Shown: one piece after another, positions 1 through 8,992 of the stretch
How the letters are laid out: every line of letters starts with the position of its first letter
How positions within the stretch are numbered: position 1 is the first letter of the stretch
DNA from: Desulfurococcales archaeon
GTDB taxonomy: Archaea; Thermoproteota; Thermoprotei_A; Sulfolobales; Fervidicoccaceae
DNA: 64,000 nt
Assembly (NCBI GenBank): GCA_027014955.1
Contig: JALWDA010000073.1
Span: 12,926 to 76,925 of the forward strand
Direction of reading: 5' to 3'
Program-made: the position numbers and the translations under genes
Notes under the pieces: model-generated
Seen by the model: the letters and a program-made list of their open reading frames with translations, nothing else
What the model was told of the DNA's origin: nothing
The model's database searches: none

Positions 1-230
1 TGCCGAAAGGAAGGACTGGCGGAGTCAGGACATACCTCGTACCTGTGGCCCAAGACGTTATGACAAGGGACCCCATAACATTGGAGCCTGGAGGAACTCT
101 CCACGAAGCAGCCTCGCTTATGGTTGAACACGGCATCGGGGCGATACCAATTGTAGATAAGCAGGGCGATCTACTGGGGGTTGTTGCAAAAGTTCATATA
201 CTGGCGGCATATGTTGGGCAAAAACTCTAA
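1..230 (+). CDS. CBS-domain protein, C-terminal fragment (gene begins left of the window)
   Basis: The frame is open from base 3 with no stop. The translation ...VMTRDPITLEPGGTLHEAASLMVEHGIGAIPIVDKQGDLLGVV is a typical CBS motif. Stop at 228-230. Confidence 0.6.
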   Translation, partial: PKGRTGGVRTYLVPVAQDVMTRDPITLEPGGTLHEAASLMVEHGIGAIPIVDKQGDLLGVVAKVHILAAYVGQKL

Positions 231-286
231 GACAGCACCATGTTGGTGATAGAGCTCGCTCGGTAAACCTAGGGAGGTGTCTCAGT

Positions 287-1141
287 TTGGTTAAGAGTAG
301 GAAGCTTGGGGAGGCCCTCAAAACCAGGGTTGAGGACATTACGGTTAATGACTTCCCCTCAGCTGACAAAGACCAGAGTATTGCGGAGGCCCTCAGACTG
401 ATGGAAAAGTATGGGACAGACAGGATAGTGGTTACAGAGAAAGGGGCCCCCATTGGGGTTATGACCAAAAAAGACCTAGTCAACAAACTTCTAATGGAAA
501 GAACAAGGACCGCCTCATTTTCAGCACTCCATATATCAAGCTTCTTCACTAATAGCACAATATCTGTTGAGGCAAGCAAGTATTTGTCAGACGCAGCTAA
601 GGAGATGGAGGCTAACGATATAAGCAGCCTGTTCGTGGAAAAGCTTGGTTCGATAAGAGGTTTTTTCACCAAGAGAGAGCTTGTAGGTAAGCTTGCCGAC
701 GTTGATGATGTGAGAGCTCTTGAGGTGATGTCACCCGTCGTGCATTTAGCAAGGCTGGACGAAAGGCTGCTGCACATCAGGCAATTAATGCTGAGCAAGA
801 GAGTTTATTTCATGCCTGTAGTAAGCGACTCAGGCAAACTTGTGGGAACCATAAGTATAGACGACATAGCGGACGCGGTCATACAGTTTTATCGATCAGT
901 GCCTGAAAGGTATAGAAGGGAGAAAAAACACAAGCTCTTCGTTCATGGATATTATAACAGGACACAACCAGTGGCGGGTCTTGACACAAAGCTTTCAGAA
1001 ATAGTAGGGCAACTGGTCAGCAAGGGTGTAAGAGGTGTCGTTGTTATGGAGGGGGACAATGTGAAGGGCCAAGTCACTATTGATGACATTACAAGGCTAG
1101 TGGCGCTAGGCAGCCATGAGGTCCAAAGAAGAGAACAGTAG
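287..1141 (+). CDS. CBS-domain protein with tandem Bateman modules (about four CBS repeats)
   Basis: 284-aa ORF with repeated CBS-like segments (DRIVVTEKGAPIGVMTKKDL, ISSLFVEKLGSIRGFFTKREL, YFMPVVSDSGKLVGTISIDDI, RGVVVMEGDNVKGQVTIDDI). Confidence 0.75.
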   Translation: MVKSRKLGEALKTRVEDITVNDFPSADKDQSIAEALRLMEKYGTDRIVVTEKGAPIGVMTKKDLVNKLLMERTRTASFSALHISSFFTNSTISVEASKYLSDAAKEMEANDISSLFVEKLGSIRGFFTKRELVGKLADVDDVRALEVMSPVVHLARLDERLLHIRQLMLSKRVYFMPVVSDSGKLVGTISIDDIADAVIQFYRSVPERYRREKKHKLFVHGYYNRTQPVAGLDTKLSEIVGQLVSKGVRGVVVMEGDNVKGQVTIDDITRLVALGSHEVQRREQ

Positions 1142-1619
1142 CAAAAACAAGAATCCTCTCCCCGATCCGTTGTTTGTTATAGACGCAATGCATGGCAAGC
1201 TCGCGAAACTACTAAGAATACTAGGTTACGACACAATATATGCCAATAGCATGAGCGACCAGCAAGTGCTAGAAATATGCCAGAGTGGTGGCCGGGTGCT
1301 AGTTACTGGCGATAGGTCCCTCTACGAGAGGGCTTCTAAGAATTGCCCCAAAGCAATCTTCATACCCCAGAGCACTCGCGTCGAAAAATCTCTCGCTATA
1401 TTGGCGGAAAATCTGGGAATAAGCCTCGACATAGACATGGGAAGAAGCAGATGTCCATATTGTAACGCTAGGCTGGAAAAAATGCCGAGAACCCCACTCC
1501 CCTGGACTCAGGAAGTGTATAAGTGCCCATCATGTGGTAATTATTATTGGAAGGGAAGCCACTGGAAAAGCCTGTTGAAAACCCTGGGTGAAGCCAAGAA
1601 ATGGCTCCCTCCGAGATAG
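1116..1619 (+). CDS. Mut7-C / DUF82 PIN-like RNase-domain protein with C-terminal zinc ribbon
   Basis: The N-terminal FVIDAMHGKLAKLLRILGYDT...VLVTGDRSL matches the Mut7-C RNase pattern. The C-terminal CPYC...CPSCGNYYWKGSHW is a zinc ribbon. It overlaps the upstream gene by 26 nt and the downstream gene by 19 nt. Confidence 0.7.
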   Translation: MRSKEENSSKNKNPLPDPLFVIDAMHGKLAKLLRILGYDTIYANSMSDQQVLEICQSGGRVLVTGDRSLYERASKNCPKAIFIPQSTRVEKSLAILAENLGISLDIDMGRSRCPYCNARLEKMPRTPLPWTQEVYKCPSCGNYYWKGSHWKSLLKTLGEAKKWLPPR

Positions 1620-2233
1620 TTGAACCTGAGGACCTGACGCTGGAAGAAGGCTCGTACCTTGTAAAAAAGGCTAGAGAAGCAGTTGAGAAGAGCTTCATAG
1701 CAGAGCGCCCCGACACCCGTGACGCTACCCAGAAATTAATGAAAAAGGGGGCGGCGTTCGTAACAATAGAGCGGTTCTCGCCCGAGAAAAGAGAGCTTAG
1801 GGGGTGTATAGGTTTTGTTTACCCGGTAAAGCCCTTAGTAGAGGCGGTTATAGATGCGGCTATCGAGTCCGCCTTCAGAGACCCCAGGTTCCCTCCAATG
1901 AAAATATCAGAGCTACCCCAGGTCACTTTCGAGGTTTCTGTGCTCTCAAGTATAAAGCCGATGCCAGAAGACCCGAGGGAAAGGCTTAAACTCATAAAGA
2001 TTGGCCACGTAGGCCTTATTGCGAAGAAGGGCGTATACTCAGGCCTATTACTACCCCAGGTTCCTGTTGAACAGGGATGGGACGAGGAGACGTTCTTGTC
2101 ATACACGTGCCTGAAAGCGGGTCTTCCCCAGGACTGCTGGCTTTCTAGAGAGGTCAAGTTCTACTATTTCACCGCAAGGATATTCGCGGAGAAGCACCCA
2201 GGGGGTCCTGTTGAGGAACGTGTGTTCGACTAA
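1601..2233 (+). CDS. AMMECR1-domain protein
   Basis: 210 aa with the AMMECR1 signature LRGCIGF plus DPRFPP and GLLLPQV motifs. Confidence 0.85.
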   Translation: MAPSEIVEPEDLTLEEGSYLVKKAREAVEKSFIAERPDTRDATQKLMKKGAAFVTIERFSPEKRELRGCIGFVYPVKPLVEAVIDAAIESAFRDPRFPPMKISELPQVTFEVSVLSSIKPMPEDPRERLKLIKIGHVGLIAKKGVYSGLLLPQVPVEQGWDEETFLSYTCLKAGLPQDCWLSREVKFYYFTARIFAEKHPGGPVEERVFD

Positions 2234-2242
2234 ACTGGATAG

Positions 2243-2297
2243 TCAGCTTAACTCTGACCAATCATCCCACAGGGTCAGCCTTGCCGGTTATCATCAC
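2243..2297 (-). ncRNA. Candidate box C/D sRNA (weak)
   Basis: Read on the minus strand: C box GUGAUGA (2297-2291), 12-nt spacer, D' box CUGA (2278-2275), 6-nt linker, C' box GGGAUGA (2268-2262), 15-nt spacer, D box CUGA (2246-2243). Two points count against it: the C'-D spacer is 15 nt rather than about 12, and I found no terminal stem. Confidence 0.35.
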
Positions 2298-2446
2298 TTA
2301 AGGACATAGTAAACTACAGTGGGTTAAAAGAAAGCTTGTTTTCAAGTCAAATAGTGCTCTACAGTATTAAAAATCATGCCGTACAATAACCATACACTGA
2401 CGTATTGTTTCACAGTATAGCCTAATAATGAATCGTTTCTGGAGGG

Positions 2447-4252
2447 ATGGCTTTGAGGTTCATCCTAGTCGCTAAGACGCTGGACATGGTGGAAAAAATC
2501 TCGTCACGCATACAGATAACAAACACCCTGGTGGAGCTATTCAAGCAAACTCCCAAGGAAGTCGTGGATAAGGTGATCTACTTCCTCCAGGGAAAACTAT
2601 GGCCAGAATGGATGGGTATGCCTGAGCTAGGCCTTGGGGAAAAGATGCTAATAAAAGCAATATCGATAGCCTACGGCGTCTCAGAGGCCCGGGTCACGTC
2701 CCTCTACAAGGACTTGGGCGATTTAGGAGTTGTCGCAGAGAGGCTGAGGTCAGAGAAAAAGTCTCTAACCACCTCTAAAGGCCTAATGGCCTTCATGGGA
2801 GGCGCCGTAAGCACGGAATCCGGACTAACTGTTGACAGGGTCTACAACACCCTTGCGAGGATTGCTAAAGCCCAAGGTGAGGGGAGCAGGGATTTAAAGT
2901 TGAGACTGCTCTCTGGGCTGCTTAGGGAAGCCGAGCCCCTTGAGGCTAGGTTTATTGTCAGGTTTGTGGAGGGGCGCCATAGGATAGGTGTTGGTGATAT
3001 GACGATACTAGACGCCCTTGCCATAGCGTATGCCGGTGGTGGCTCATACAGGCCGGTCATCGAGAGGGCATACAACCTGAGGGCGGATTTGGCCCATGTT
3101 GCAAAGATTCTTGTAGAGAAAGGTGTTGAGGCTCTTGAGAAGATAAAGCCTGAGGTGGGAACACCAGTAAAGCCAATGCTGGCGGAAAGGCACAAGGACC
3201 CAGCGGAGATGCTGGCAAAGGTGGGGGGCAGGGCCATAGTCGAGTACAAATACGATGGTGAGAGAGCTCAGATCCATAAAAAAGGAGACCAAATATGGAT
3301 ATTCTCGCGCCGCCTCGAAAACATTACCCACATGTATCCCGAGGTTGTCGAGAGTGCTAAGAACTACCTTGTTCCCAACGAGGTAATTGTTGAGGGAGAG
3401 ATAGTAGCAATAGACCCTGACACTGGTGAAATGAGGCCCTTCCAAGTCCTCATGACAAGGAAGAGAAAATACGAGATACATAGAGCGATGAAAGAAGTGC
3501 CTGTAAGGGTATACTTGTTTGATATAATTTATGTCGATGGAGAAGATCTGACTCTCAGACCCCTTCCCGAGAGGAAGAAGGTGTTGGAGCAGAGCGTTAG
3601 GGAAAATGACGTGATAAAGCTCGCCGAGTACCAGTATGTTTCCACCCCAGAGGAGCTTGACAGATTCTTTCTAAAGGCTGTAGAAGAAGGAGCAGAGGGC
3701 ATAATGGTAAAGGCTATCCACCAGAACAGCATCTACCAGGCGGGTAACAGGGGCTGGCTCTGGATTAAATACAAGCGTGACTACAAGAGCGAGATGAGCG
3801 ACTCAGTAGACCTCGTAGTTGTTGGCGCATTCAAAGGAAGGGGAAGACGCGCAGGTAAATACGGCACTCTCCTGCTGGCAGCCTATGATAAGGAGAACGA
3901 CTCCTTTAAGACAGTCTGCAAGGTGGGGACGGGCTTCACCGATGAAGACTTGGAGAAAATGGAAGACATCCTAAAGCCCTATATGATTAAAAACAGACAT
4001 CCGAGAGTTGTGAGTGAGGTAGAACCGGACGTATGGACAGAGCCCGCGCTCGTTGCGGAAATCATAGGCGCGGAGCTGACGCTCAGCCCGTTACACACCT
4101 GTGCGCGGGGGGCCCTCAAGCCGGACACTGGTATTAGTATCAGGTTCCCTCGTTTCATTAGATGGAGAGACGACAAGAGCCCCGAGGAGGCCACAACCTG
4201 CGATGAGCTCGTTGAGATGTACAAGCAACAACTGAGAACGGTCCAGGAATAA
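2447..4252 (+). CDS. lig: ATP-dependent DNA ligase
   Basis: 601 aa with the adenylation motif I EYKYDGERAQIH (KxDG). It also has EGIMVK, LLLAAYD and a C-terminal OB-fold region (RFPRFIRWRDDK), giving archaeal Lig1-like architecture. Confidence 0.95.
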   Translation: MALRFILVAKTLDMVEKISSRIQITNTLVELFKQTPKEVVDKVIYFLQGKLWPEWMGMPELGLGEKMLIKAISIAYGVSEARVTSLYKDLGDLGVVAERLRSEKKSLTTSKGLMAFMGGAVSTESGLTVDRVYNTLARIAKAQGEGSRDLKLRLLSGLLREAEPLEARFIVRFVEGRHRIGVGDMTILDALAIAYAGGGSYRPVIERAYNLRADLAHVAKILVEKGVEALEKIKPEVGTPVKPMLAERHKDPAEMLAKVGGRAIVEYKYDGERAQIHKKGDQIWIFSRRLENITHMYPEVVESAKNYLVPNEVIVEGEIVAIDPDTGEMRPFQVLMTRKRKYEIHRAMKEVPVRVYLFDIIYVDGEDLTLRPLPERKKVLEQSVRENDVIKLAEYQYVSTPEELDRFFLKAVEEGAEGIMVKAIHQNSIYQAGNRGWLWIKYKRDYKSEMSDSVDLVVVGAFKGRGRRAGKYGTLLLAAYDKENDSFKTVCKVGTGFTDEDLEKMEDILKPYMIKNRHPRVVSEVEPDVWTEPALVAEIIGAELTLSPLHTCARGALKPDTGISIRFPRFIRWRDDKSPEEATTCDELVEMYKQQLRTVQE

Positions 4253-4449
4253 TCGTTCACATTTAGTCAGATGCTCAGATATCATTTTGTCCACAGGTTT
4301 TCCAACAACATCGTGCAAACCAGAAAATTGGTTATCAAAACCCCTGTTGGAAGATTTGTTACATCAAAGAACGTTTTGAGCAAGGCCAACTATTATGAAG
4401 GAACTACTAAGCTTTAACGTCGGAAAGCCTTGAAATAAGCCACGCGGTA

Positions 4450-4893
4450 TTAGTGTCTCCTATAAATTCTCTTGAGGTGTGCCTGGGCAATGCGGTATAC
4501 AGCCTCGACTACTCCCGGCTCTTTTAATTCATTTATTATAATTTGACTAACTTTTCCTTGGTCGTTCCTCACTATTTCTATATTTACCTCCTCGTTGGCA
4601 GCCATTAGGCTTACCTTTTCTCTAAGCGATTCCAGCTTCAGATGGTCAGGGTCGGCTGGTTTGCTGAAGTGTATAATAACTTCTTCAGAACCCTTTTTAA
4701 CGCTGGCAACTACTTCATCGTTTTGCCTTATCTCTGTACCTGTTTCTTTCCTAACCAAAGGCTTGTGGACGTTCATGGAGTCGAGCAAGTTAAGCATGTG
4801 TTCGTAATGCTCGAGCTCTTTTTTGAGCTCGTTTATACGTTTTACCAGGAAGTCTTTAAGCTTATCAAGCTTTTCTCGGTCACTGCCTATCAT
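4450..4893 (-). CDS. Hypothetical protein (N-terminal coiled coil)
   Basis: 147-aa ORF in an otherwise non-coding gap. It has hyperthermophile-like charged composition and no motif I recognise. Confidence 0.45.
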   Translation of the reverse strand: MIGSDREKLDKLKDFLVKRINELKKELEHYEHMLNLLDSMNVHKPLVRKETGTEIRQNDEVVASVKKGSEEVIIHFSKPADPDHLKLESLREKVSLMAANEEVNIEIVRNDQGKVSQIIINELKEPGVVEAVYRIAQAHLKRIYRRH

Positions 4894-5207
4894 TGCCTCA
4901 TCCTAACCTTATTAATGCCTTAAATGTGCTATAAGAGTACCTATGCAATCGTGCTGATGGTTATTGTCACCTTACTAACTAATACACGGAACTTCGATTA
5001 AAGGCTTCTATCCTATTAGACTAAAAAGGGGACGCCGGATAGCATCCACCCTTTTCCCGAGAAAAGGTAAAAAATAAGAGACAAAAGCAATTCTTAATCC
5101 TTAGCAGCTCAGTAATAAACACACATACATAAGAATTACTCACAAACCCGCCGTCGATTACATTGTCTTCCAGACAAGTCCCGAGTGTTATAACGTGAAG
5201 GCGATTA

Positions 5208-7076
5208 GTGATGGAAACAAAAAGGCACAGAAAATCCTGCCCAGGGTGCAAGTGCTTCCGTGCTTGCCTTTTAGTGGTAGTGGTTGCCTTTCTAATGGCA
5301 GTTGCCTTCGCCCCGGTCGCGATCATGGGACAAGCCGATTCACAGGGTTCGGAAAGAGACGGGCAGAAGTATATAGTACTCAAGGTCCCAGCGGTTACTG
5401 GTGACAACGGTAAGATAATATCCATTATCGTCAAAAAAAGCGACACACCGGGTGTGAGGTTTGATGGTACAGTAGATATAGGTGAGGATACCTATGCCTC
5501 AGCTTGGACAGCCTATCTAATATCAAGCCTCCTTTCAGGAGAGTCCCCGTTTGACCGTGGTATAGAAATCATGGTACTCACAGATAGCAACAATGTAGAG
5601 GGTCCCAGTGCTAGTTTAGCAATAGCGACGGCCATCTATGCACTCCAGGCTGGAAAAACCGTTCATAATAGTTTCTCTAACTTCTCGATAACTGGCGCTA
5701 TCAGCCTAGACGGCGCAAGTGTACTAGTTGGGGGAACTTTGGAGAAGCTGAGGGCAACTATCGAAGAGGGCCTGGAGGCCATGATACTTCCTGCGCCAAA
5801 CGCTGTTATGCTAGAGAGCCAGGCAGGGGCGGGGGACAGTCGTTATCTGATGCCAGTATATGGGCTTCTCGATACGTACGACGTTCTCATATCAAGGGAA
5901 ACAGTATTCTCGAGCTGGGTAGAGACGGGGTATCCCGGCGAGCTAGCTGAGTACTTGTCTGGCATAAGGGAGGAGTTCTACGCTAAAGCCTTGGACACAG
6001 CCCTGGGACTGGGTAACGCTACCCTTGCAAGGGTGACCCACTATCTCAATGAGTCTGAGAAGGAGTTCTCTAGAGGAAGGTACTATTCTTCGGCAAGCCT
6101 GGCTTACACAGCCTACTTAGCCGCGTTAGCAGCAAATCTATCATCTGTAAGCGATAGTGAGCTGGAGAACATGTATAACCTTATTGTGAAGGAACTCGAT
6201 CGTATCAAGGATGTTCTGCGCTACCGAGAGCAGGAATTGTACAGGAAGGGTTCTATAGGACAATATGAGCTAGAACTCCTGGCAATATCAGAATCACGTG
6301 CCTGGATGTGCGAGGCTCTTTTAAAAGAGTATAAAGCGGGCCAGCTTAGTAAAGAAGAGAGAATAGACGCTCTCATACAAGCGAAGGCAAGATGTGAGAC
6401 CGCTAAGACGTGGGTGAAGGCCCTGGATCTCCATTGGGAGAATCAGCCTCTTGTATCATATAGCCTTTTGGAAAAGGTTATCGACGAGTATAACACCTTC
6501 TTGGAATATGCGATGATATATGTTTCAAAAGCGGTTGAGATGCAGGGGATGCCTCCTCGTATAAAAATTTACTTTGATGAACTCAAAGACTTGGCAAATC
6601 GGATAAACGAGGCCTCGCAGAAGGGAAGCCCAGGGCTCAGGCTGGGGTTATCGGTAGAGCTTTCAAGCAGGCTCTCTTCCTTCCTAACCCAGATGAACTT
6701 TATTGAACCCAAAGTTACAGAGGGCTACGTAAGAGAGCTTTGGAGGAACTTCGCTGTCCTCTCAGGAAATCTAGCGTCTTATGGGAGGAGCAGTATAATG
6801 GCCTCCATGTACGCGGAGTATGCCTCTTATGACGGCCACGACCCACTTACCACAGTCTCTTTACTAGACACCGCCATTGCATCGCTACACCCCCTTCTTA
6901 TATACTCTATGTTGGAGGAACATGGTGTCGAGGGAAGTGGTGTAGAAAACGCGACAGTGTCTAACAACACGGCAATCATCATCGAGAGGTACCAATACTG
7001 GGTCGCATTCGGCGTAATGTCAACAATAATTGGTGTAATAGTGGCTAGGCTTTATACGGGTAAGGAGCTCTGGTGA
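5208..7076 (+). CDS. Secreted, membrane-anchored Lon-like (peptidase S16) protease-domain protein without an ATPase module
   Basis: The N-terminus is a basic region followed by a hydrophobic stretch (LLVVVVAFLMAVAFAPVAI). The S16 motif is GPSASLAIATA...ITGAISLDGASVLVGGTLEKL, with Ser and Lys 46 residues apart. A helical region of about 400 aa follows, then a C-terminal TM segment (YWVAFGVMSTIIGVIVA). It is a paralogue of 35155..37188. Confidence 0.7.
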   Translation: MMETKRHRKSCPGCKCFRACLLVVVVAFLMAVAFAPVAIMGQADSQGSERDGQKYIVLKVPAVTGDNGKIISIIVKKSDTPGVRFDGTVDIGEDTYASAWTAYLISSLLSGESPFDRGIEIMVLTDSNNVEGPSASLAIATAIYALQAGKTVHNSFSNFSITGAISLDGASVLVGGTLEKLRATIEEGLEAMILPAPNAVMLESQAGAGDSRYLMPVYGLLDTYDVLISRETVFSSWVETGYPGELAEYLSGIREEFYAKALDTALGLGNATLARVTHYLNESEKEFSRGRYYSSASLAYTAYLAALAANLSSVSDSELENMYNLIVKELDRIKDVLRYREQELYRKGSIGQYELELLAISESRAWMCEALLKEYKAGQLSKEERIDALIQAKARCETAKTWVKALDLHWENQPLVSYSLLEKVIDEYNTFLEYAMIYVSKAVEMQGMPPRIKIYFDELKDLANRINEASQKGSPGLRLGLSVELSSRLSSFLTQMNFIEPKVTEGYVRELWRNFAVLSGNLASYGRSSIMASMYAEYASYDGHDPLTTVSLLDTAIASLHPLLIYSMLEEHGVEGSGVENATVSNNTAIIIERYQYWVAFGVMSTIIGVIVARLYTGKELW

Positions 7077-7713
7077 CGTGCCCTTCTTTGGTCTTTAGAG
7101 CCACATCTTCTTCCCCCCCCATAATCTCCTTAGCCAGCCTTATATCATCCAGCAGGAGGTTCCAGAGACCCCGGTTCCTAAGTATGGCTGCGGGGTGGTA
7201 TGAAGATACAAGTTTGAACTCTATATCACCTATCTTTACCTTAATTACTTTCCCGCGGAACTCTTTGATAGGCACGTAGCTTGGCCTGTGTTGCAGTGAG
7301 GTGGGAAGGTTCGCTAGATAGTTGGCCGCGGTGGCGCCCAATGCAAGAACTATTACTGGCTTTATCGCCCTTAGCTGGCCCACAAGATAGGGAAGGCAGG
7401 CCACTGCCTCATCATGACGGGGAACCCTATTCCCCGGGGGTCTACACTTAACCACGTTGGTGATAAAAACATCATCTCTACGGATTCCATTATGTTGTAG
7501 AGCCTTGTCAAGCAGTTTTCCAGCTGCCCCTACAAAAGGCCTCCCAGTAGCGTCCTCCTGGGCTCCTGGCGCCTCTCCTACTATGACCATCCTTGCATTT
7601 GCTGGTCCCTCGCCTGGAACTGGCTTCTTACGTGTCTTGTGAAGGGGGCATCTCTTGCACTCCCTTACAAGCCTATGTATCTCGTCTAATACGGGAGGAT
7701 GGTCTGACTTCAT
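7045..7713 (-). CDS. udg: Uracil-DNA glycosylase, family 4 (Fe-S type)
   Basis: CKRCPLH...PVPGEGPANARMVIVGEAPGAQEDATGRPFVGAAGKLL matches thermostable family-4 UDG. I prefer the ATG at 7713 because it forms an ATGA overlap with the upstream stop. A GTG at 7725 is also in frame. Confidence 0.85.
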   Translation of the reverse strand: MKSDHPPVLDEIHRLVRECKRCPLHKTRKKPVPGEGPANARMVIVGEAPGAQEDATGRPFVGAAGKLLDKALQHNGIRRDDVFITNVVKCRPPGNRVPRHDEAVACLPYLVGQLRAIKPVIVLALGATAANYLANLPTSLQHRPSYVPIKEFRGKVIKVKIGDIEFKLVSSYHPAAILRNRGLWNLLLDDIRLAKEIMGGEEDVALKTKEGHVTRAPYPYKA

Positions 7714-8816
7714 GCCCTTCGCCACACGTAGTGTTCGCTCAGAGAGTAGTTCGCAAGAAACCCAGCTACTATCCCTATTAAGTTAGCAATGAGAGGCTCG
7801 ATGCCAAGCAGGTATGACAGTGAGAGAAGAGTGATATAGTTAATGGTCACTCCCAATCCAGCTGCAAGGTGATATCGCGCAAGCCGCTTGTGTAGAGGGA
7901 CAAGCGTCTTCTCATTCCTGAATGTAAACACGTTATTGAGGGTGAAGTTATTTAGTATGCTGGACTCTATTGACAGCAGTCCTGAGATATACAGGGGCAA
8001 TCCGATTTGATAGTGTGTCACCCAAAGTACAGCCTCGTTCACGACAACCCCGGTCGTGCCAACCAGTGCAAATTTTAGTATCCTGTAGTTGTTTAGCCTA
8101 ATCACATGCTTGAGATAGTTCAGGCCTTCGCCTGCAGTAAGCTTGCTCTTTCCCGCGTATCGCGGAGAAAAAACAATGGGTACTTCCCTAATCCGCTTCC
8201 GGTCATAGTCGCCCTTCACTAGTATCTCAAGCAATATCTTGTACCCTAAAGGGTCTAGTACGTTTAGTTTATTGGACACGACGCTACGTTTCAGTCCGAA
8301 GAACCCTGTCATTGGGTCGCTTATCATGCGGGTTTGTGGGAGAAGAAGTTTTGCAATCGCAGTTGCTCCTAAGGAAACTATCTTTCTAAGAACAGTTAGA
8401 CCCTCGTCTCGCCCCCCGTGCTTGTACCTTGTACCTATAACAATGTCGCCCCCGCTCTCCAACTCGCGGAGCATCTCGGGGAGCTTTTCGGGAGGGTGCT
8501 GAAGGTCAGCGTCCATTACTATAATATACCTCCCCTCCGCGTTCTTGAAACCCTCTACAACGGCCCGGGCCAACCCCCTCTCATTGTATCTTACAATCAC
8601 CTTTACCCTATCCTCTATTCCCAATCTCTTGGCGTGCTTGAGAGCCTCTTCTGCTGTTCCGTCGGGACTGTTGTCATCAACTATTATGACCTCGTAATCA
8701 TCACCAAGCCCTGCTTTCTCCATCGTGTTTCTTATCCTCTCCAGCAGGACGCCTATGTTCTCAGCCTCATTATACGTGGGTACAACTATGCTAAGCTTCA
8801 AGCTCTCTTCCTTCAT
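7710..8816 (-). CDS. Dolichyl-phosphate beta-mannosyl/glucosyl-transferase (GT2) fused to a GtrA-like membrane domain
   Basis: LSIVVPTYNEAENI...VIIVDDNSPDGT...VMDADLQHPP is a GT2 DPM1-like core. The C-terminal ~120 aa has about four hydrophobic helices (GtrA-like). Confidence 0.85.
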   Translation of the reverse strand: MKEESLKLSIVVPTYNEAENIGVLLERIRNTMEKAGLGDDYEVIIVDDNSPDGTAEEALKHAKRLGIEDRVKVIVRYNERGLARAVVEGFKNAEGRYIIVMDADLQHPPEKLPEMLRELESGGDIVIGTRYKHGGRDEGLTVLRKIVSLGATAIAKLLLPQTRMISDPMTGFFGLKRSVVSNKLNVLDPLGYKILLEILVKGDYDRKRIREVPIVFSPRYAGKSKLTAGEGLNYLKHVIRLNNYRILKFALVGTTGVVVNEAVLWVTHYQIGLPLYISGLLSIESSILNNFTLNNVFTFRNEKTLVPLHKRLARYHLAAGLGVTINYITLLSLSYLLGIEPLIANLIGIVAGFLANYSLSEHYVWRRA

Positions 8817-8992
8817 GAGTGACCCCTTCAGTGCACAAGGCTCCCCGCTAAAGTCAAGTAGGTATTTTTAGGGAGAGTTAGGCCTATTTTGTCTTGTGAG
8901 CCAATGAAACCCCCGGCACATATCTCATTGTGGGAAGCACCCAGCATTAAACGAAACATGACATCGGTAGTCCACCTCGACCTCCCGGCATA

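Noticed and set aside
118-798. Long antisense ORFs opposite well-supported genes: 118..798, 47426..48010, 49158..49688, 49701..50375, 53221..53688, 55568..55978 and 61735..62328.
   Set aside because: Each lies entirely inside a gene on the other strand that has clear family motifs. Their translations are low-complexity and Ser/Leu/Pro/Arg-rich, as is typical of shadow frames.
5021-5446. 141-aa minus-strand ORF and 69-aa plus-strand ORF (5195..5404) around the start of Lon-like copy 1.
   Set aside because: They overlap the signal-peptide-encoding start of a supported gene, have odd composition, and have no start context of their own.
8650-8722. Minus-strand GUGAUGA, 12 nt, 5 nt, UUGAUGA, 12 nt arrangement resembling a C/D sRNA.
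   Set aside because: The D' and D positions read AAUA and CGGA rather than CUGA. The boxes are simply the Asp-Asp codons of the GT2 motif DDYEVIIVDDNSPDG inside a confident CDS.
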